Shown: positions 60,345 to 64,000 of the stretch, one piece after another
Layout: the number at the start of each line of letters is the position of its first letter
Numbering within the stretch: position 1 is the first letter of the stretch
Source of the DNA: an uncultured Gammaproteobacteria bacterium
GTDB taxonomy: Bacteria; Patescibacteriota; Microgenomatia; UBA10105
NCBI GenBank assembly: GCA_964412165.1
Contig: CAYPMW010000001.1
Span: 16,316-80,315, forward strand
Length of the DNA: 64,000 bases
Reading direction: 5' to 3'
Notes under the pieces: model-generated
Seen by the model: the letters and a program-made list of their open reading frames with translations, nothing else
The model's database searches: none
Told to the model about the DNA's origin: nothing
Made by a program: the position numbers and the translations under genes

Positions 60345-61178
60345 ATGGCTGATCCTAATCAAATCATTGAACTTGAGATAGATTTGTTACAACCAAATCC
60401 GTTGCAACCTCGCAGTATTATCACTGCAGAATCATTAAAAGATTTATCGAGTTCCATCAAAGAAAGCGGGATACTTGAACCATTAGTGGTAGCCAAAACT
60501 CCAGCTGGATATCAAATTATTGCCGGTGAGCGCAGATGGCGGGCGGCTAAACTAGCTGGGTTGGCCCACGTGCCGGTCCTCATCAAAGAAACGACTGCCA
60601 GGGAAATGCTGGAAATGGCGATTGTGGAAAATGTCCAGCGGGAGGATCTCAATCCGATTGAAAGAGCTCAAGCGTTTGAACGGTTGATTGAGGAATTTGG
60701 GTTACCTGTTTCAGAAATTGCCAAACGGATTGGTAAAAGCGATTCTTATGTTTCAAATACAATTCGACTTCTGACGCTTCCGGATGCCATCAAAGATGGT
60801 CTCATGTCTGGGTCAATCACAGAAGGTCATGCTCGGGCAATTGCCGGGTTAGGTGATGTCAAGCTGATGGTGGACGCATATAAAGCAATACTATCTGAAA
60901 GTGCCTCGGTGAGGAAAACCGAGGACCTCGTCAGACGCCTCAAATCCGAGACACAACAAAAACCACATTCACGAATTGAACGCATACATAATGAAGAGCT
61001 TGACCGTATAGCTCAAAACTTGGCGCAGGAAGTAGAGGGTTTAGTGAAAATCACTCAATCCAAAGTTGAAGCGCGGATTGTTTATGTGATCAGGGGAAAT
61101 TTAGAAAAAACCTCCCAAATTATTAAAGAAATCCACCGCCGGATGACTCAAAGGCCAATAATTCAAAACCCAGCGTAA
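60345..61178 (+). CDS. parB: ParB/Spo0J-family partition (or Noc-like) protein; no adjacent parA
   Basis: LLQPNPLQPR (box I) and IAGERRWRAAKLAG (the GERRxRA box II), plus an HTH region. Confidence 0.8.
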   Translation: MADPNQIIELEIDLLQPNPLQPRSIITAESLKDLSSSIKESGILEPLVVAKTPAGYQIIAGERRWRAAKLAGLAHVPVLIKETTAREMLEMAIVENVQREDLNPIERAQAFERLIEEFGLPVSEIAKRIGKSDSYVSNTIRLLTLPDAIKDGLMSGSITEGHARAIAGLGDVKLMVDAYKAILSESASVRKTEDLVRRLKSETQQKPHSRIERIHNEELDRIAQNLAQEVEGLVKITQSKVEARIVYVIRGNLEKTSQIIKEIHRRMTQRPIIQNPA

Positions 61179-61738
61179 GTGATTCTTGATACCGTCCCAA
61201 ATTTACTAAATGGCCAATAGACGAGTTGAGATCTACCAATAATTGCGTCTTTGTGAATGGTTCCCCATTCCCGAGAATCAGAACTGCGTGATCTGTTGTC
61301 GCCGACGACAAATATGTGGTCTTCAGGTACGACAATGTCTTTACCTTCTTTTAAGTAAGCTCCTTGGTGGGTAGTGACATTTATTCCGATATAAGGTTCT
61401 TCCAAGACTTTCCCATTGATATAAAAGTGGTTGTTCTCAAGTTTTATCTCATCCCCGGGAAGGCCGATGATCCGCTTAATAAAATCAATATCCGGGTTTT
61501 GAGGAGACTTAAAGACGACTACGTCTCCCCGTTTCGGATCGCTAAATTTATATTCGAACTTATTGGTGAGTATATATTCTCCGTCTGTAAAGTTTGGTTC
61601 CATTGAAGCGCCTTTCACTTGGTGTGGTTGGTAGAGGAATAAGTACACCACGACAAATATAGCCAGTGCCACGACGATTGACTCCATGATGTCAAATAAA
61701 AAGCCAAAAATATGCTTTATGATGACCAAAAAAAACAT
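61163..61738 (-). CDS. lepB: Signal peptidase I
   Basis: An N-terminal TM helix, the GASMEPNF (Ser box) and VVGDNRSRSSDSREWG (GDNR box) motifs. Confidence 0.8.
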   Translation of the reverse strand: MFFLVIIKHIFGFLFDIMESIVVALAIFVVVYLFLYQPHQVKGASMEPNFTDGEYILTNKFEYKFSDPKRGDVVVFKSPQNPDIDFIKRIIGLPGDEIKLENNHFYINGKVLEEPYIGINVTTHQGAYLKEGKDIVVPEDHIFVVGDNRSRSSDSREWGTIHKDAIIGRSQLVYWPFSKFGTVSRITYAGF

Positions 61739-61741
61739 ATA

Positions 61742-61770
61742 AAAAGGCCTTCCTGAAGTTGAAGGCTCCC
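61742..61770 (-). promoter_or_regulatory. lepB leader hairpin whose 3' arm carries the SD, followed by a U-run abutting the start codon
   Basis: On the minus-strand RNA: GCCUUC-AACUUCAG-GAAGGC, then CUUUUUAU, then AUG. The SD GGAAGG is 9 nt from the AUG and lies in the stem. Confidence 0.4.
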
Positions 61771-61786
61771 ATTACCCAAACCTGGG

Positions 61787-61823
61787 TTAGATAAAGTATA
61801 AACAAATGTTATAATACATGCAA
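61787..61823. promoter_or_regulatory. Interleaved divergent promoters: + strand for tRNA-Val and - strand for lepB
   Basis: Plus strand: TTAGAT(61787-92)-N17-TATAAT(61810-15). Minus strand: TTGCAT (complement of 61818-23)-N17-TATACT (complement of 61795-800). Confidence 0.35.
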
Positions 61824-61852
61824 TACTTTTTCCAAGAACGAATAACACAGCA

Positions 61853-61925
61853 GGATCCGTAGCTCAGTTGGGAGAGCGTTCGGTTCACATCCGAAAGGTC
61901 GATGGTCCGAGTCCATCCGGATCCA
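61853..61925 (+). tRNA. tRNA-Val (anticodon CAC)
   Basis: A 73-nt cloverleaf: acceptor GGATCCG/CGGATCC, D arm GCTC-AGTTGGGA-GAGC, anticodon stem TTCGG/CCGAA with loop TTCACAT (anticodon CAC), T arm GATGG-TCCGAGT-CCATC, and discriminator A. The CCA end is not encoded. Confidence 0.85.
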
Positions 61926-61942
61926 CAGTTTTGCATCACGGT

Positions 61943-64000
61943 TCACTGATTCTGCAAGGAGTTTATAAGCTGGTAAATTGTCCCCAAAAGAAGCGTTTTA
62001 CCATTGAGATTGATGAGTCTTGGATAAAATGAATTGATATCTCTCTCCATTCGTTTCAATTGATCTATTGCTCTACCTGTTTTTTCTTCTTTTGCGTATC
62101 TTTCAGTTACTTCAGTTTTAAGAAGTAGGCTTTTATACAGAGTTTTATTGGTGATCCATTTAAGATCGAATGCCGAATGCAAATCATTGCGCAAGGTTTT
62201 GAAATTCACCGCAGTGTCGATATTAGTACTTGATAAGTCAGTTGGATTATATATCAGACTATACGTATCTGTATCATTTTTTCCCGCTACCCCCGAAAAG
62301 TTTTTCATTTCGACATTTGCGTCCTGATCATAAAAATAGACATCTAACCTATATTCTTCTAAGGTGGGAGAGGTGATGAGTATTTGATAGGAATCTTTTT
62401 TAGGTTGTTTTAAATAAAGTACTTTTAGGGGTTTTGCGCCACTGGGCTTGCGGGATGATTCGTTAAACAGAGGATACTCAAGAAATTCACTTCCATGAAG
62501 ATTGCCACTACTATCACTAAGAGTTAGAGAAACTTTTGGATCAACTGCCATAGCGATATATGAAAAATCACTATTGGTGAGAGTATAATATCCAATCCGT
62601 CGTATCGTCTCATAATAGGGTGCCAAAGTCGTCCTGTCTGTATAAAACGGGTCCTTGATCGAATATGAATCTCCAGATTGTTCTGTTGCAACCACAAAAT
62701 GACTGTTACTCGGGCTTTGGGGATGATTCACATCGAGAATTACCGGACTGTTTGGACTTAGTGCATTTGACAAATCCGCGGTAGGTGAAGCATGATATTC
62801 AAGTTGTGGACTTGTGGGATCTAGTTCATGACTCAAACGCGTAAGCCGCGATACTAGTAGCCAATTAGTAGCTCCATTTCTAAACGATCCGTCGTTTTGC
62901 GACCGCATCCATTCATTGAGAGTTCCAGGAGTAAGATCCTTTGTCGGAAGAGGAGACGTGTTAGCGGAGAAGTCCCCGGGAGTCTTGGTGACGTTAAAGT
63001 ACTTCAGAATCATTGAAACAGAAGTGAGAGCGCAACCATATGCTGCTACGGTTTTTTGTCCGGTACCCGACCAATTATCAGCGTGATCATACGTATCGTC
63101 CCCCCACTCAGGATTGGCTTGGGAAAAATAGGGGAAAGGGACATAATCCTCTGCAAGCCCAATCCGCCAATTTGCTCCATCATGCCCGGCATAATACATT
63201 CGTAATTTGTGAGCATCGCGAATGACTCGCGGAGCAGCAATCATCGTATCATCAAAATCATTAGTTAATGTATTTCCAATAGTTAGAATGTGGTTCGTAT
63301 CTTTTGTCCAATAGATTCCATCAGTCGAAGTCGCATGGCTGATATACCTTGGGGGAACACCAGCGTGGTACCACATATGATACGAGTTATCGTCAATATA
63401 AACTGAAGGCGCTGCAACGGTATTAGCTTCCCAACTTAGTGTAGGTTCAAGAACGGGATTTGCATTTCTGGTCCATATAAATCCATCGGGAGATGTGGCA
63501 TATCCAATTCGCCAAGTTCCATTACTATCTCTCGCCCCGTACCATAATTTATACATATCTTCATGAAAGACCACTTCAGGCGTATTCACTCCTTCAGCTT
63601 CCCATGGTACCGAACTTTTAGTAAATATAAAATGATGTTCAGACCAATTAATACCGTCACTTGAACTAGAGCGACTTATTCTAAAAGATTCTTTTTGAGA
63701 AAAATTAAAAGATGAAAACCACATGGTATATGTATTACCACCAAATATTACTGAAGGTTCACCCAATTCTTGCTCCCAAGAATCATTTGGTTTAGGAGTT
63801 AAAACTGGATTATTATAAAATTTAATCCAATTAATACCTTCGTTTGAGGTCGCAAGTCCTATTTGTCCTACTTTTCCATTAAATCCTGTGTACCACATTT
63901 TATATCCTGTTTTATCAATTACAACTCTTGGGGCACTTACCAACTGATTATCCCACTGATTTATTTGTCCAATACCTAGTATAGGATTACTCCTTTTCAT
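61943..64000 (-). CDS. Secreted/surface multi-domain protein: N-terminal beta-propeller repeats (GH43/GH130-like blades) plus a C39-like papain-fold cysteine peptidase domain. The start codon coincides with the window end and the gene may continue beyond it.
   Basis: Five or more repeats of the pattern P.V.......Y.MWY.G. Further on, AAYGCALTSVSMILKYF (Cys) and HFVVATE...IKDPF (His/Asp) resemble Peptidase_C39-like domains. TGA stop at 61943-45. Confidence 0.45.
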   Translation of the reverse strand: MKRSNPILGIGQINQWDNQLVSAPRVVIDKTGYKMWYTGFNGKVGQIGLATSNEGINWIKFYNNPVLTPKPNDSWEQELGEPSVIFGGNTYTMWFSSFNFSQKESFRISRSSSSDGINWSEHHFIFTKSSVPWEAEGVNTPEVVFHEDMYKLWYGARDSNGTWRIGYATSPDGFIWTRNANPVLEPTLSWEANTVAAPSVYIDDNSYHMWYHAGVPPRYISHATSTDGIYWTKDTNHILTIGNTLTNDFDDTMIAAPRVIRDAHKLRMYYAGHDGANWRIGLAEDYVPFPYFSQANPEWGDDTYDHADNWSGTGQKTVAAYGCALTSVSMILKYFNVTKTPGDFSANTSPLPTKDLTPGTLNEWMRSQNDGSFRNGATNWLLVSRLTRLSHELDPTSPQLEYHASPTADLSNALSPNSPVILDVNHPQSPSNSHFVVATEQSGDSYSIKDPFYTDRTTLAPYYETIRRIGYYTLTNSDFSYIAMAVDPKVSLTLSDSSGNLHGSEFLEYPLFNESSRKPSGAKPLKVLYLKQPKKDSYQILITSPTLEEYRLDVYFYDQDANVEMKNFSGVAGKNDTDTYSLIYNPTDLSSTNIDTAVNFKTLRNDLHSAFDLKWITNKTLYKSLLLKTEVTERYAKEEKTGRAIDQLKRMERDINSFYPRLINLNGKTLLLGTIYQLINSLQNQ

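Noticed and set aside
1-64000. Alternative genetic code (UGA recoded, as in some CPR lineages)
   Set aside because: Many well-conserved genes end in TGA (for example murC at 36539-41, murG at 50368-70, the minus-strand gene at 61943-45). ORFs are full length under code 11. There is no evidence for recoding.
1-64000. Mobile elements, integrases, transposases, toxin-antitoxin or defense genes
   Set aside because: No ORF shows transposase, recombinase, nuclease or ATPase defense signatures. Gene order is that of conserved housekeeping and cell-envelope operons, with no flanking repeats.

Overview
This is a low-GC (about 35%, by eye), very compact window. Nearly every gene is on the + strand, with short overlaps or 4-nt ATGA/GTGA junctions between genes. 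TGA serves as a stop codon and ORFs are long, so the standard code 11 applies. The gene content (many glycosyltransferases, a streamlined dcw cluster, small proteins) suggests a small-genome, possibly CPR/Patescibacteria-like bacterium; this is inference only.

The window has three blocks.

(1) 1-28.5 kb is a cell-surface glycosylation island. It holds at least 7 GT-C fold polytopic membrane glycosyltransferases (PMT/ArnT/PIG-V-like), 4 GT2 and 6 GT4 enzymes, a Wzx-like flippase, a small priming phosphoglycosyl transferase, a ManC-like NDP-sugar pyrophosphorylase, a SAM methyltransferase, an LbH acetyltransferase, a DUF4012 protein, and a 1048-aa protein fusing an O-antigen-ligase (Wzy_C) domain to a GT39 domain.

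(2) 28.6-54.2 kb holds glyQS followed by a near-complete dcw division/cell-wall cluster, mraZ through ftsZ. The cluster has unusual inserts (pgeF, a GlmU-like gene, an alpha/beta hydrolase, and DegT/MBL/FemAB genes), a MurF with a hydrophobic N-terminus, and no murE.

(3) 54.2-64 kb holds ileS preceded by a leader with a good T-box/antisequestrator signature. It is followed by a second SEDS gene, rplU, a THUMP-type RNA methyltransferase and rpmA in one operon, an orphan parB, lepB on the minus strand, tRNA-Val(CAC), and a minus-strand beta-propeller/C39-like peptidase protein that runs off the window edge.

The most interesting non-coding signal is a recurring leader design: a hairpin whose 3' arm carries the Shine-Dalgarno sequence, followed by a U-run that abuts the start codon. 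It appears at ileS, glyQS, rplU and lepB. Phased TGGTG direct repeats also sit over the mraZ promoter and start codon.

I see no CRISPR arrays, rRNA genes or mobile elements.
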